NCBI GenBank assembly: GCA_041905785.1
Contig: JAYRKJ010000005.1
Span: 188,319-252,318, forward strand
Direction of reading: 5' to 3'
Origin: Burkholderiaceae bacterium
GTDB taxonomy: Bacteria; Pseudomonadota; Gammaproteobacteria; Burkholderiales; Burkholderiaceae_C
DNA: 64,000 bases
Shown here: positions 20,303 through 29,744 of the stretch, in pieces
Position numbering within the stretch: position 1 is the stretch's first letter
Layout: each line of letters begins with the position of its first letter
Notes under the pieces: generated by a model
Databases searched by the model: none
Told to the model about the DNA's origin: nothing
What the model saw: the letters and a program-made list of their open reading frames with translations, nothing else
Position numbers and translations under genes: made by a program

Positions 20303-22300
20303 ATGAACGCCCCTCTGGACACCCCGCTGCTGCGGGAATCGGCATCGGAAGCCGACGCCGACCGCGCGTTGGAGCGCCCATCGCTTCCGGCACAGACGCA
20401 TGCGCCCAATCCCTCGGTGCAGCTCGCGCTCGGCCTCGGCAGCTTGCGCCAGGCCGCCGCGAGCCTGCATGCACAAGGCGGATTCGCGACGCGCGCCCGC
20501 CAGTTGCTGCAGCTTTGCGAGCATCTGCAACTGCATCGCGAATCGCTGATGCATGCCGGCTGGCTGGTGGGCTACGCGCCCTGGGACCAGCACCTGGACT
20601 TCGACGCCGGCCTGCTCGCGGTGCGCAGCATGGCGCAGCAGGTGGCCAACGAATGGCCCGATTCCATGCTGGTGCCGAAGTCCGAGCCGCATGCGCTGGA
20701 CAAAGAGGGCCGGTGCTGGACGGCCGAGGTGCTGGGCCGCGCCGCGGGCGTGGACGTGTTGATCCTGGGCCTGCACCGGCCCTGCGCACACCTGCTGCTG
20801 GGTTTCGCGAGCGCCTGGCTCGCCGGCCGATCCTGCCTGGTGCTCAGTCCGGAAGAGCATCCCCTGCTGGACTCCCTGCTGCTGGCGCTGCGCAGAGGTC
20901 TGCCGCACGGCGGCGCAGCGCTGCGCTGGATGGTGGGCGTCGACACGGCCCATGCCTTGGCGCAGCTGGAGTCGGCCGATCACGTGCAGGTCTGGAGCAC
21001 CCCGGTCGCAGGCGAGCTGCGCTGGGAAGGCATGCAGAGCTGTGCAGCCGATCGCACATTGCATCTGGCCGCCCCCGGCCTGGCGGTGCTGGATGATGCC
21101 GTCGCGGCGGGCAGTCCGATGTTCGAGAGAGTCGTCGACCTCGTGGCTTTGGGCGCCATGGCCGTCCACGGCCTGCATGAACATGCGGTGCGCACCGTCT
21201 GGCTGCCGCGCGAGCTGTCGACGGCCTTTGAAGCCGCCCTGCAGCAGCGTTGGCAGGCCTGGCACGGCAGCCGTCCCTCGCAGCACTGGCAAGGCAGCGC
21301 CGCGGCCGTGCAGCGGCTCGCCATGCAGTCGTGGATCCAGGACAGGCTGCACCAGGGTGCCACCCTGAGCGGTGCGACCGCGCAGGGGCCTGCCGTCCTC
21401 CGGCTGGCATCGCCCCATGACGCCGACGAGCGGGGCTTGGCGGCCCCGCCCCTGGGGCCGGTGCTCGCGCTCTGGGCCTATGACGACGTGGCGGCGTTGA
21501 GGCAAGCCCTGGAGGACAGCCACAGCGGCCGTCGTGCCGGCCTGGCCGTGCTGGCCTGCGGCGCTGAAGCGTGCAGGCGGCAGTGGGGCGCAGCATTGGC
21601 CCGCCGGCATCGCGCGCTGCACATCGTCGCAAACCCGCCCACGGTGCCGGCGGACCCCGACGATGCCTTGCGCCATGCCTGGGAATTGCTGGCCTCCCTG
21701 GACAAGGTCAGCGCCGAAGCGTCCCTCAAGGCATTGCTTCCTTCGTGCGCCGTGCTGGCCGCGCCGGCCGAACTCGGCGAATGCCTCCAGCAGTACCTGC
21801 CCGGCAGCCCGGTGCGCGAACTGGACCTCCACCCCTTTCGCTGCCACTTCGAAGACTTGCGCGTCGGCGACTCGCTGCTCACGCATCGCCGCACGGTCAC
21901 CGAGGCCGATATCGCGGCCTTCGGCGGGGTGTCGGGGGACTACTTCTACATGCACTTTGACGCGGAGGCGGCTGCCGCGTCTCCGTTCGGGCGCCGCATC
22001 GCCCACGGCTATTTCGTGCTGTCTGCAGCGGCCGGCCTGTTTGTCTGGCCCGGCGAAGGGCCGGTGCTGGCGAACTATGGCCTGGACAATCTGCGCTTCA
22101 TCCAGCCTGTCGGGATCGGCGACACCATCCAGGCTCGCCTGACCTGCAAGCGCAAACTGGACAAGGCACGCGCTGGCGGCAAGCGCGGCCAGGGGGTGGT
22201 GGTTTGGGACGTGCTCGTCTGCAATCAGCGTGGCGAAGCCGTGCTGCGCTACGACATCCTGACGCTGGTGGCCCGGCGAGGGCCGGAGGGGCAGGCATGA
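20303..22300 (+). CDS. PaaZ-like oxepin-CoA hydrolase with degenerate aldehyde dehydrogenase domain and intact MaoC hydratase domain
   Basis: C-terminus matches PaaZ closely ([53 protein letters not shown]); GQKCTAIRR-equivalent reads GLHEHAVRT. Confidence 0.85.
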   Translation: MNAPLDTPLLRESASEADADRALERPSLPAQTHAPNPSVQLALGLGSLRQAAASLHAQGGFATRARQLLQLCEHLQLHRESLMHAGWLVGYAPWDQHLDFDAGLLAVRSMAQQVANEWPDSMLVPKSEPHALDKEGRCWTAEVLGRAAGVDVLILGLHRPCAHLLLGFASAWLAGRSCLVLSPEEHPLLDSLLLALRRGLPHGGAALRWMVGVDTAHALAQLESADHVQVWSTPVAGELRWEGMQSCAADRTLHLAAPGLAVLDDAVAAGSPMFERVVDLVALGAMAVHGLHEHAVRTVWLPRELSTAFEAALQQRWQAWHGSRPSQHWQGSAAAVQRLAMQSWIQDRLHQGATLSGATAQGPAVLRLASPHDADERGLAAPPLGPVLALWAYDDVAALRQALEDSHSGRRAGLAVLACGAEACRRQWGAALARRHRALHIVANPPTVPADPDDALRHAWELLASLDKVSAEASLKALLPSCAVLAAPAELGECLQQYLPGSPVRELDLHPFRCHFEDLRVGDSLLTHRRTVTEADIAAFGGVSGDYFYMHFDAEAAAASPFGRRIAHGYFVLSAAAGLFVWPGEGPVLANYGLDNLRFIQPVGIGDTIQARLTCKRKLDKARAGGKRGQGVVVWDVLVCNQRGEAVLRYDILTLVARRGPEGQA

Positions 22301-22326
22301 GCAGCAGGCCGGCTCGCGCCTGGCGT

Positions 22327-23157
22327 TCACCGGCTGGGGGCCCGCTTGGCGAAGTAGTGAGCGGGTGAGTCGCCAAAGCAGCGGCGGAACATCGCGATGA
22401 AGTTGCTGGGCGTCGCGTAGCCCAGCGCATCGGCCACATTGGCCACGCTGTCGCCGCGGGCCAGCCGCTCCAGGGCATGGGTGAGCCGCGCCTGCTGACG
22501 CCACTGCGCAAAGCTGACCTGAGTCTCGGCCATGAACAGCCGGCCCAGAGTGCTCGGCGACAGACCCGCCCATTGGGCCCAATCGTCCATGGTGCGCTTG
22601 TCCTCGGGCTGTTCCAGGATGGCGTTGGCGATGCGCAGCAGCCGGCGGTCCTCGGGCATGGGCAGGTGCAGGGGCTCATGCGGTGCGTGGCGCATCTCGT
22701 CCAGCAGTACGGCCAGCATGCGCTCCTGTTCTTCGTTGAGACGCTCTTGCAGGGTCCAGGACACCGCCCGCCGAACCAGCGCCCGCATCAACTCGCTGAT
22801 GCCGATCACGCAAGGCGTGTCCGGCAGCGCCTGGCAGACCGAGGGAGCGATCACCACACTCCAGCCGCTCATGGCGCCGCTGATGCTGACCTTGTGAGCA
22901 ACGCCGGGCGGGATCCAACCGGCGCGATGGGGCGGCAGCAGCCAGGAGCCATGGGGGGTGCGCACATGCACGAGACCGTTTTCCACGCAGAACACCTGCC
23001 CGCGCAGATGGCTGTGCCAGTCGATTTCACGCGTGCCGAGACGGTACTCCGCCTTTGCATCGTCCTCGCCCCATATGGCGATCAGCGGCGGCCCGTCGGC
23101 ACGCTCGCTGAGATCGGGGAGGGCGTCGAGCCCCTGGGGAAATGCGGCATTGGCCAT
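22327..23157 (-). CDS. AraC-family regulator with cupin sensor (NimR-like)
   Basis: DWHSHLRGQ cupin, WLLPPHRAGWIPPG, C-terminal HTH LGYATPSNFIAMFRR; divergent from efflux operon. Confidence 0.92.
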   Translation of the reverse strand: MANAAFPQGLDALPDLSERADGPPLIAIWGEDDAKAEYRLGTREIDWHSHLRGQVFCVENGLVHVRTPHGSWLLPPHRAGWIPPGVAHKVSISGAMSGWSVVIAPSVCQALPDTPCVIGISELMRALVRRAVSWTLQERLNEEQERMLAVLLDEMRHAPHEPLHLPMPEDRRLLRIANAILEQPEDKRTMDDWAQWAGLSPSTLGRLFMAETQVSFAQWRQQARLTHALERLARGDSVANVADALGYATPSNFIAMFRRCFGDSPAHYFAKRAPSR

Positions 23158-23247
23158 GACTGAAATTCAGTATTTTTAGATCGAACAACGCTATCACGCT
23201 TTTCCGGCTTCGACCAAGAATTCCTGCCAGGGAAAGGCAACATCACC

Positions 23248-24729
23248 ATGAAGCGCCATACACGCAGACCAGAAGCAGTACCTCAGCAGGACCATCGCGC
23301 CGCGGCTTGGCGGCGCAGTCGGACGGCCGCAGGCGCATGCCTGCTGGTCTTCGCTGCCCAGCTGAGCGGCTGCGCCAGCATGGGCCCGGAAACGCCGCGC
23401 GTGGCCTTGCTGGACGCCCAGCAGCTGAAGCTCTCGGACGCCCCTGCGGCGGCGCCCAGCCCCTGGCCCCGCCTGGACTGGTGGCAGGCGCTGGGCGACC
23501 CGCAGCTCAATGCCCTGATCGATGATGCCCTGTCGTCTGCTCCCGACCCCATCGCGGCCGACGCGCGTCTGCGCCAGGCACGCGCCGCCGCAGGCATCGA
23601 CGCAGCCGCGCTGCAGCCGCAGCTGACGGCCAGCGTCGGCTGGCAGGGGGTTCGGCAGTCCTCGCAAGCCGTCCCGCCCAGCGAAGGCGGGGGGCAGTTC
23701 AAGCGGAAGTGGGAGGGCAGCCTGGGTCTGGACTGGACGCCGGACCTGTGGGGCGGTCGCCGCGCCGCCTGGACGGCCGCGCTCGGCGCCGTGCGCGCCG
23801 CGGAGGTGTCGGCACAGGACGCCCGCATCCAGCTGACGGTGGCGGTCGCCCAGGCCTATATGCAGCTGGCCTATGCCCATGTGCAGGGTGACATCGCCCG
23901 CGCCGAGCAGGAGCGCGTGGCCGAAGTCCAGCGGCTGACCCAGCAGCGCGTCAGCAGCGGCCTGGGCACGCAGGCACAGTTGCGCCAGACGGACAGCGAC
24001 ATGGCCAGCGCCGCCCAGCAGCGCCTGATGGCCGAGCGCCTGGTGTCCATGGCCCAGACCACGCTGTCGGTGCTGCTGGGCAAGGGTCCGGACCGAGGTG
24101 CCGCCGTGGGACGGCCGGCCTGGCCATCCGGCCCCGTTCTGGCCGCTCCCGGGTGGCTGCCGCTGGAGTTGCTCAGCCGCAGGGCCGACGTCGTGGCCGC
24201 GCGCTGGCGGGTGGAGTCCACCATGCAGCACATCACGTCGGCCAAGACCGCCTTCTTGCCCAATCTGAACCTGGCGGCCCTGGTCGGCGTGGCCGCGACG
24301 CAATGGAGCGACCTGCTTCGCCACGGCTCGGGCGTCTACTCGCTCAGCCCGGCGCTGAGTCTGCCCATCTTCGATGCCGGCAGACGCAGCGCCGAGCTGG
24401 CCGTGCAGGAAGCGCGGTACGACGAGGCGGTCGCTCAATACAACCAGACCTTGGTCAGGGCGGTGAACGAGGTGGCCGACCAGATCCAGGCGCAGCGCTC
24501 GCTCGCCGAGCAGCTGGAACAGCAGCAGCGTGCCAGGGACGCCGCACATGACGCCTGGCAGATGGCTGAGCAGCGCTACAAGGCCGGCGTCGGAAGCTAC
24601 CTGGATGCCCTCTCGGTCCGCCAGCAGCTGCTGCAGGCGGAGCAGCGCCTGGCGGCACTGCAGGCGCAGCGCATCCAGGACGGCCTGCTGCTGGTCAGGG
24701 CATTGGGCGGCGGATTCCGTGCGGAATAA
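23248..24729 (+). CDS. efflux outer-membrane lipoprotein (NodT/OprM family)
   Basis: LSGC lipobox, WWQALGDPQLNALI, ELLSRRADV, LVRALGGG. Confidence 0.92.
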   Translation: MKRHTRRPEAVPQQDHRAAAWRRSRTAAGACLLVFAAQLSGCASMGPETPRVALLDAQQLKLSDAPAAAPSPWPRLDWWQALGDPQLNALIDDALSSAPDPIAADARLRQARAAAGIDAAALQPQLTASVGWQGVRQSSQAVPPSEGGGQFKRKWEGSLGLDWTPDLWGGRRAAWTAALGAVRAAEVSAQDARIQLTVAVAQAYMQLAYAHVQGDIARAEQERVAEVQRLTQQRVSSGLGTQAQLRQTDSDMASAAQQRLMAERLVSMAQTTLSVLLGKGPDRGAAVGRPAWPSGPVLAAPGWLPLELLSRRADVVAARWRVESTMQHITSAKTAFLPNLNLAALVGVAATQWSDLLRHGSGVYSLSPALSLPIFDAGRRSAELAVQEARYDEAVAQYNQTLVRAVNEVADQIQAQRSLAEQLEQQQRARDAAHDAWQMAEQRYKAGVGSYLDALSVRQQLLQAEQRLAALQAQRIQDGLLLVRALGGGFRAE

Positions 24730-24792
24730 GGGACTCAGTAGTGCGCCTGAGGCTTGCAAGCCCGGGCATCGAAGACAAAAGGGGAAGCAATC

Positions 24793-26064
24793 ATGAGTGC
24801 AGAGAAAAGCGTGCAGACACCCGGTGCGGCGGCCACGCCCACCGATCCGGCGGCAGGCGCCACGAACCGTCGGCGCAACTTGCTGCTCAAGGCCTTGCTC
24901 GTCGGGGCTGGCCTAGGCGGGGCCCTCTGGGCCTTGTGGTACCAGCAGATTGGCCGTTGGCACGAGGAAACCGACAACGCCTATGTGCAGGGGAACCTGG
25001 TCCAGATCACGCCTCAGACGGCGGGGACGGTGGTGTCCATCGCGGCGGATGTCGGCGAGCCCGTGGGGCTGGGGCAGACGCTGATCTCCCTGGATCGCAC
25101 CGACAGCGAAGTGGCGCTGGCCTCTGCCATGGCCGATCTCTCGACGGTCATGCGCAAGGTCAAGGGTCTCTACACGCAGGAGCGCGGACTGCGCAGCACC
25201 ATCCAGGGAGCCGAAGCGGATGTGCAATCCCGCCGCGTCACCCTGGACAAAGCGCGCGCCGACTACCAGCGCCGCAAGGAACTGGCACGCTCGGGCGCGA
25301 TCTCGGATGAAGAGCTGGCCCATGCAAGAGACACGCTGTCCGCCGCGCAGAGCGCCTTGAACGCGTCGCAGAGCGCGGTGGCAAGCCTGGAGCAGCAGTA
25401 CCAAGGGAGCAAGGCCTTGGTCGACGGCACCGTGGTGGTCTCTCATCCCGAAGTCCAGAAGGCCGCCGCCACGCTGCGCTCCGCCTATCTCGACCAGGTG
25501 CGGACAGCACTGATCACGCCGGTCGCGGGGCATGTGGCCCAGCGCTCCGTGCAGCTGGGTCAACGCGTGGCCCCGGGCAGCAGCCTGATGTCCGTGCTGC
25601 CGCTGGACCAGGTCTGGGTGGAGGCGAATTTCACCGAAACGCAGCTGGCTCACATCCGGATCGGCCAGCCGGTGGAGCTGCGTGCTGACGCCTACGGCGA
25701 CGCTGTGAGCTACTCCGGCCGCGTGGTCAGCCTGGGGCTGGGAACCGGCAGCGCGTTTTCACCGCTGCCAGTCCAGAACGCCACCGGCAACTGGATCAAG
25801 ATCGTCCAGCGCCTGCCGGTACGGATCGAGCTGACCGATCGCAAGCAGCTGGTCCAGCATCCGCTTCGCCTGGGCTTGTCCATGCACGTCAAGGTCGATG
25901 TGCATGACGAAAGCGGCCCCATGCTGGTCGAGCAGCCACGGGCCAAGCCCAAGCTCAGCACGGACGTGTACAGCAAACAGGTCGACGCTGTGGACAGCCT
26001 GATCGATCGCATCGTCCGCGGCGCGCCGATCGGCACGCCCGCGGTCCGCGGAGCCCAGCGATGA
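24793..26064 (+). CDS. emrA: EmrA-family membrane fusion protein
   Basis: ETDNAYVQG, GTGSAFSPLP.QNATGNWIKIVQRLPVRI. Confidence 0.92.
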   Translation: MSAEKSVQTPGAAATPTDPAAGATNRRRNLLLKALLVGAGLGGALWALWYQQIGRWHEETDNAYVQGNLVQITPQTAGTVVSIAADVGEPVGLGQTLISLDRTDSEVALASAMADLSTVMRKVKGLYTQERGLRSTIQGAEADVQSRRVTLDKARADYQRRKELARSGAISDEELAHARDTLSAAQSALNASQSAVASLEQQYQGSKALVDGTVVVSHPEVQKAAATLRSAYLDQVRTALITPVAGHVAQRSVQLGQRVAPGSSLMSVLPLDQVWVEANFTETQLAHIRIGQPVELRADAYGDAVSYSGRVVSLGLGTGSAFSPLPVQNATGNWIKIVQRLPVRIELTDRKQLVQHPLRLGLSMHVKVDVHDESGPMLVEQPRAKPKLSTDVYSKQVDAVDSLIDRIVRGAPIGTPAVRGAQR

Positions 26065-27659
26065 GCAGCGCATCCGCGACCGCCACCCTGGGGCCGGGCG
26101 AGCCCCGCGGCGGGCCACCCGCGCCGCCAGCGCCAGCGCCGGCGCCGGGCGCTGCGGAATTCCTGCCGCAAAGCGTGCCGCTGACCACCGTGGGACTGGC
26201 CCTGGCCGTCTTCATGCAGGTGCTGGACGGCACCATCGCCAACGTGTCGCTGCCCACCATCGCGGGCAACCTGGGCGTCAGCACCAACCAGAGCGCCTGG
26301 GTGATCACCACCTTCTCGGTATGCAACGCCATCGCCCTGCCATTGACCGGATTCCTGGTCCGTCGCGTGGGGCAGGTGAGGCTTTTCATCTGGTCGACGC
26401 TGCTGTTCACGCTGGCCTCGCTGCTGTGCGGGCTGGCGCAGAGCCTGGGCGCCCTGGTGCTGTTCCGCGCACTGCAAGGCGCCGTGGCGGGTCCGATGAT
26501 CCCGACCACGCAAGCTTTGATGCTGTCCATCTATCCGCCACACCGGCGAGGATTCGCCCTGTCCATGATCGCGATGGTGACGGTGGTGGCGCCGATCGCT
26601 GGACCCTTGCTCGGCGGATGGATCACCGACAGCTACTCGTGGCAGTGGACCTTCCTCATCAACGTACCGATTGGGCTGTTCGCCGCTGCCGCGATTTCCA
26701 ATCAGATGCGAAGCAAGCCGGAGAAGACCGAGGCCGTCAAGGTCGACCACATCGGCCTGGCCACGCTGGTCCTGGGCGTTGGCGCGCTGCAGGTGGTCCT
26801 GGACAAAGGCAATGACGAGGACTGGTTCCAGTCGCCCTTCATCGTGGTCATGTCGCTGGTGGCCGCCATCAGCCTGGCGGTCTTCCTGATCTGGGAGCTG
26901 CACGAGCGCAACCCCATCGTCAACCTCCGGCTCTTTGCCAATCGCAACTTTGCGGCGGGCACGGTGACGCTCGTGCTGGCCTATTCCGCCTTCTTCGCGG
27001 TCAACGTCATCGTGCCCCAGTGGCTGCAGCGCACCATGGGCTACACGGCCATCTGGGCGGGGCTCGCGGCAGCGCCCATGGGCATCCTGCCGGTGCTGTT
27101 GACGCCCTTCATGGGCAAGTACGCGCCGCGCTTCAACATGCGCTGGATGGTCTGCAGCGCCTTCGCGATCCTGGGCGCGGCGTCCTTCATCCGGTCTGGC
27201 TTCTTTCTCGGCGTGGACTTCCAGCATGTGGCGGCGGTCCAGTTGCTGCAGGGCCTGGGGCTGGCCCTCTTCATCATGCCGATCAATGCCATCCTGCTGT
27301 CCGACCTGAAGCCACAGGAGATCGCCGCAGCGTCCGGGCTCTCGACCTTCAGCCGCACCCTGGGTGCCAGCTTTGCCGTCTCGATCACCGCGCTGGTCTG
27401 GGACCGTCGAGCGGTGCTGCACCACGCCCATCTGGCCGAAGGGCTGCCACCCGGCACGCTTGGGCAGCCGGCCCTGCCGCTGGCGCCGGGCGACCAGGCC
27501 TTTGCATTCCGGCTCGACCACTACCTGGACCAGCTCGCCTACCAGATGTCGTTCAACGACGTGGCCTACGCCCTGGGCTGGGTCTTCATGCTGGCCATCG
27601 CCGTGGTGTGGCTGGCCAAGCCGCCCTTCACCCCCAAGGCGCCGCCAGGCAAGCGCTGA
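26061..27659 (+). CDS. emrB: EmrB/QacA (DHA2) MFS efflux pump
   Basis: MQVLDGTIANVSLP, GPLLGGWITDSYSWQWTFLINVPIG, LDKGNDEDWF; 14-TM pattern. Confidence 0.92.
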   Translation: MSSASATATLGPGEPRGGPPAPPAPAPAPGAAEFLPQSVPLTTVGLALAVFMQVLDGTIANVSLPTIAGNLGVSTNQSAWVITTFSVCNAIALPLTGFLVRRVGQVRLFIWSTLLFTLASLLCGLAQSLGALVLFRALQGAVAGPMIPTTQALMLSIYPPHRRGFALSMIAMVTVVAPIAGPLLGGWITDSYSWQWTFLINVPIGLFAAAAISNQMRSKPEKTEAVKVDHIGLATLVLGVGALQVVLDKGNDEDWFQSPFIVVMSLVAAISLAVFLIWELHERNPIVNLRLFANRNFAAGTVTLVLAYSAFFAVNVIVPQWLQRTMGYTAIWAGLAAAPMGILPVLLTPFMGKYAPRFNMRWMVCSAFAILGAASFIRSGFFLGVDFQHVAAVQLLQGLGLALFIMPINAILLSDLKPQEIAAASGLSTFSRTLGASFAVSITALVWDRRAVLHHAHLAEGLPPGTLGQPALPLAPGDQAFAFRLDHYLDQLAYQMSFNDVAYALGWVFMLAIAVVWLAKPPFTPKAPPGKR

Positions 27660-27703
27660 GCGGCAAGACCATGAGACCCATACACAAACTGAAAGGAGCA
27701 GCC

Positions 27704-28102
27704 ATGGACATGGCCATTGAAACAGCCCAAGTGTTTGAGATGAGCAATTTCCCCATCGTGACCTTCCGCAATGCGGCCATCCGGCCGGGTTATGCGGCGC
27801 GATGGGCGCGGGAGATGGAGGCCCTCATGGCGCGCGGCGAACCCTTCGTCATCGTCTTTCTTCCGAACCGTCCCGAAGAGGATCAGGAAGATCGCAAGCT
27901 GCGCGCCGTCTGGCTGAAGACCCACAAGCATGAGCTGTCCGAGGTGTGCCGCGCCCTCATCACCGTGGAGCCGGACGCCATCCAGCGCGCCGAGGCGGCC
28001 AAGGAAGCGCAAGCCATGCAGAAGGCCTTTGGCCTCCTGTTGGTGAGCGTGGCGACGCAAGAGGAAGCATGGGATCTGGCCACCACCCTCGTGGCGGCCT
28101 GA
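27704..28102 (+). CDS. hypothetical protein, 132 aa (possibly STAS/SEC14-like)
   Basis: AAAGGAG RBS, typical codon use, FPIVTF...RGEPFVIV segment; within operon. Confidence 0.6.
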   Translation: MDMAIETAQVFEMSNFPIVTFRNAAIRPGYAARWAREMEALMARGEPFVIVFLPNRPEEDQEDRKLRAVWLKTHKHELSEVCRALITVEPDAIQRAEAAKEAQAMQKAFGLLLVSVATQEEAWDLATTLVAA

Positions 28103-28180
28103 CCCATGTCGGGCTGCGCGCGGCGCTTCATCGGCGCCGCGACGAACTGATCATCACCTTTGAACCAGAAGGAACTCGAC

Positions 28181-29083
28181 GTGAGTCAAGCGAAGCGAAA
28201 AGTACCGGCCCTGCGCCGCTCGTGGCTGTTTCTTGCCGGCGCCGACCGGCAGGCGCTGCTCGATGGCATCCACTCAGGGGCCGATGTGCTGGTCCAGGAG
28301 CTGGAGACCTTCACGCCACCGGCCCGACGTCCGGAAGCCCGGCAACTGAGCGGGGAGGTCATCCACGGCTGGCGTGAGGCTGGCATCCTCAGTTCGGTTC
28401 GGGTCAATCCGCTGGAAAACGGCGGCATGGAGGACCTCGCGGCCGTGATGCACCATCGGCCCGACATCATCATGATGTCCTACATCTCCACGCCGGAGCA
28501 GGTCGTCGCCCTGGACCAGGCCGTCTCCCACTTCGAGCGGGAGTACGGCATCGAGGCCGGCTCGACCGAGCTGGTGCCCAATATCGAAAGCACCCTGGGC
28601 GTGGTCAACACCATGGCCATCGGCAAATGCAGCCCGCGCGTCAGCGCATTGCTGGTCGCCACCGAAGACATGGTGGCGGACCTGGGTGCCCGCCGCACCC
28701 GGGCCGGCCATGAGCTGGACTACGTGCGCTCGCGATTCCTCGTGGAGTGCGCGGCCATTGGCATGCCGGCCATCGACTGCCCCTACAGCTACTCGGACAA
28801 CGAAGGGGCGGAGCTGGACATGCAGCGCTGCCGCGACCTGGGCTTTCGGTCCAAGGCCATCGTGAACGCCCAGTTCACGTCCGTGGTCAATCGCTGGCTC
28901 ACGCCCTCGGCCGCGGAGCTGGCACTGGCTCGGCGGGTGATCCAGGCCTTCGACCTCGCTCGCAGCCAGTCCGGCGGAAAACGGGTGCCGGCCGCCGTGG
29001 TGGACGGCTTCCTGGCTGAGATTCCCGACTACCTCGCGGCCCAGCGCCTGATCGCACGGGCCCTTCAATTCGGCATGGAGTAA
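28181..29083 (+). CDS. CitE/HpcH-HpaI aldolase-lyase family protein
   Basis: RRSWLF, SGADV...ELE, VRVN, IES, EDM.ADLG, AIDCP, GFRSK; GTG after AAGGA. Confidence 0.82.
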   Translation: MSQAKRKVPALRRSWLFLAGADRQALLDGIHSGADVLVQELETFTPPARRPEARQLSGEVIHGWREAGILSSVRVNPLENGGMEDLAAVMHHRPDIIMMSYISTPEQVVALDQAVSHFEREYGIEAGSTELVPNIESTLGVVNTMAIGKCSPRVSALLVATEDMVADLGARRTRAGHELDYVRSRFLVECAAIGMPAIDCPYSYSDNEGAELDMQRCRDLGFRSKAIVNAQFTSVVNRWLTPSAAELALARRVIQAFDLARSQSGGKRVPAAVVDGFLAEIPDYLAAQRLIARALQFGME

Positions 29084-29090
29084 GAACGGC

Positions 29091-29744
29091 ATGGAATCCC
29101 TGATTCAAAAATTCAAATCGCTGCCCGTCCTGACCGGGCAGTTGTCAGACTTCGATACCGCGGCGGTGCCCAGCAATCCGCAGGCGCTGTTCATGCAGTG
29201 GCTCGATGAAGCCCTTGAGCATGGCATCTGTGAGCCGCATGTAACGACCTTGTCTACGGTGGATCAGGACGGCGCGCCGGACGCCCGCTCGGTGGTCCTT
29301 CTCGACGTGGGCGAGGACGGCTGGCATTTCGCCGCCAATGCGGCCAGCCCGAAGGGCCGCCAACTGGCGAAGCAGCCGCAGGCCGCGATGACCTTCTACT
29401 GGGCCGGCCTGGGGCGCCAGATCCGCTTGCGGGGCGAAGTGAAGGCGCTGGCCCGCGAGGCCGGGCTGGCTGACTTCCGCAGCCGCCCCGAGAAGTCGCG
29501 CGCGGCCATTCTGGCCGCACGGCAAAGCGAGGTGCTTGAGCAGGCCGCTGACCTGGACAGCGCGCTGGCCGTGCAGCTGGCACGCCTCCAGGAAGATCCC
29601 GAGCTGGCCTCGGCGCACTGGACGATGTACGCACTCAAGCCCTTGGACGTCGAGTTCTGGCAGTCCAACGGCCAGCGCCGCTTCACCCGTCTGCGCTACC
29701 GGCGCCAGGGGCAGCAGTGGACACGACAGCTGCTGTGGCCATGA
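29091..29744 (+). CDS. pyridoxamine 5'-phosphate oxidase-like FMN protein (PdxH/PhzG family)
   Basis: TLSTVD..G.PDARSV, SPKGRQL, FYW..LGRQIRLRG, VEFWQ, RLRY. Confidence 0.88.
   Translation: MESLIQKFKSLPVLTGQLSDFDTAAVPSNPQALFMQWLDEALEHGICEPHVTTLSTVDQDGAPDARSVVLLDVGEDGWHFAANAASPKGRQLAKQPQAAMTFYWAGLGRQIRLRGEVKALAREAGLADFRSRPEKSRAAILAARQSEVLEQAADLDSALAVQLARLQEDPELASAHWTMYALKPLDVEFWQSNGQRRFTRLRYRRQGQQWTRQLLWP

Noticed and set aside
20303-22300. Ordinary phenylacetate-catabolic paaZ, or a paaZ pseudogene
   Set aside because: ALDH catalytic residues are missing and no other paa genes adjoin, yet the frame is intact and the hydratase domain is conserved
26095-26150. Pro/Ala repeat (PAPPAPAPAPG) at the EmrB N-terminus
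   Set aside because: Ordinary low-complexity linker
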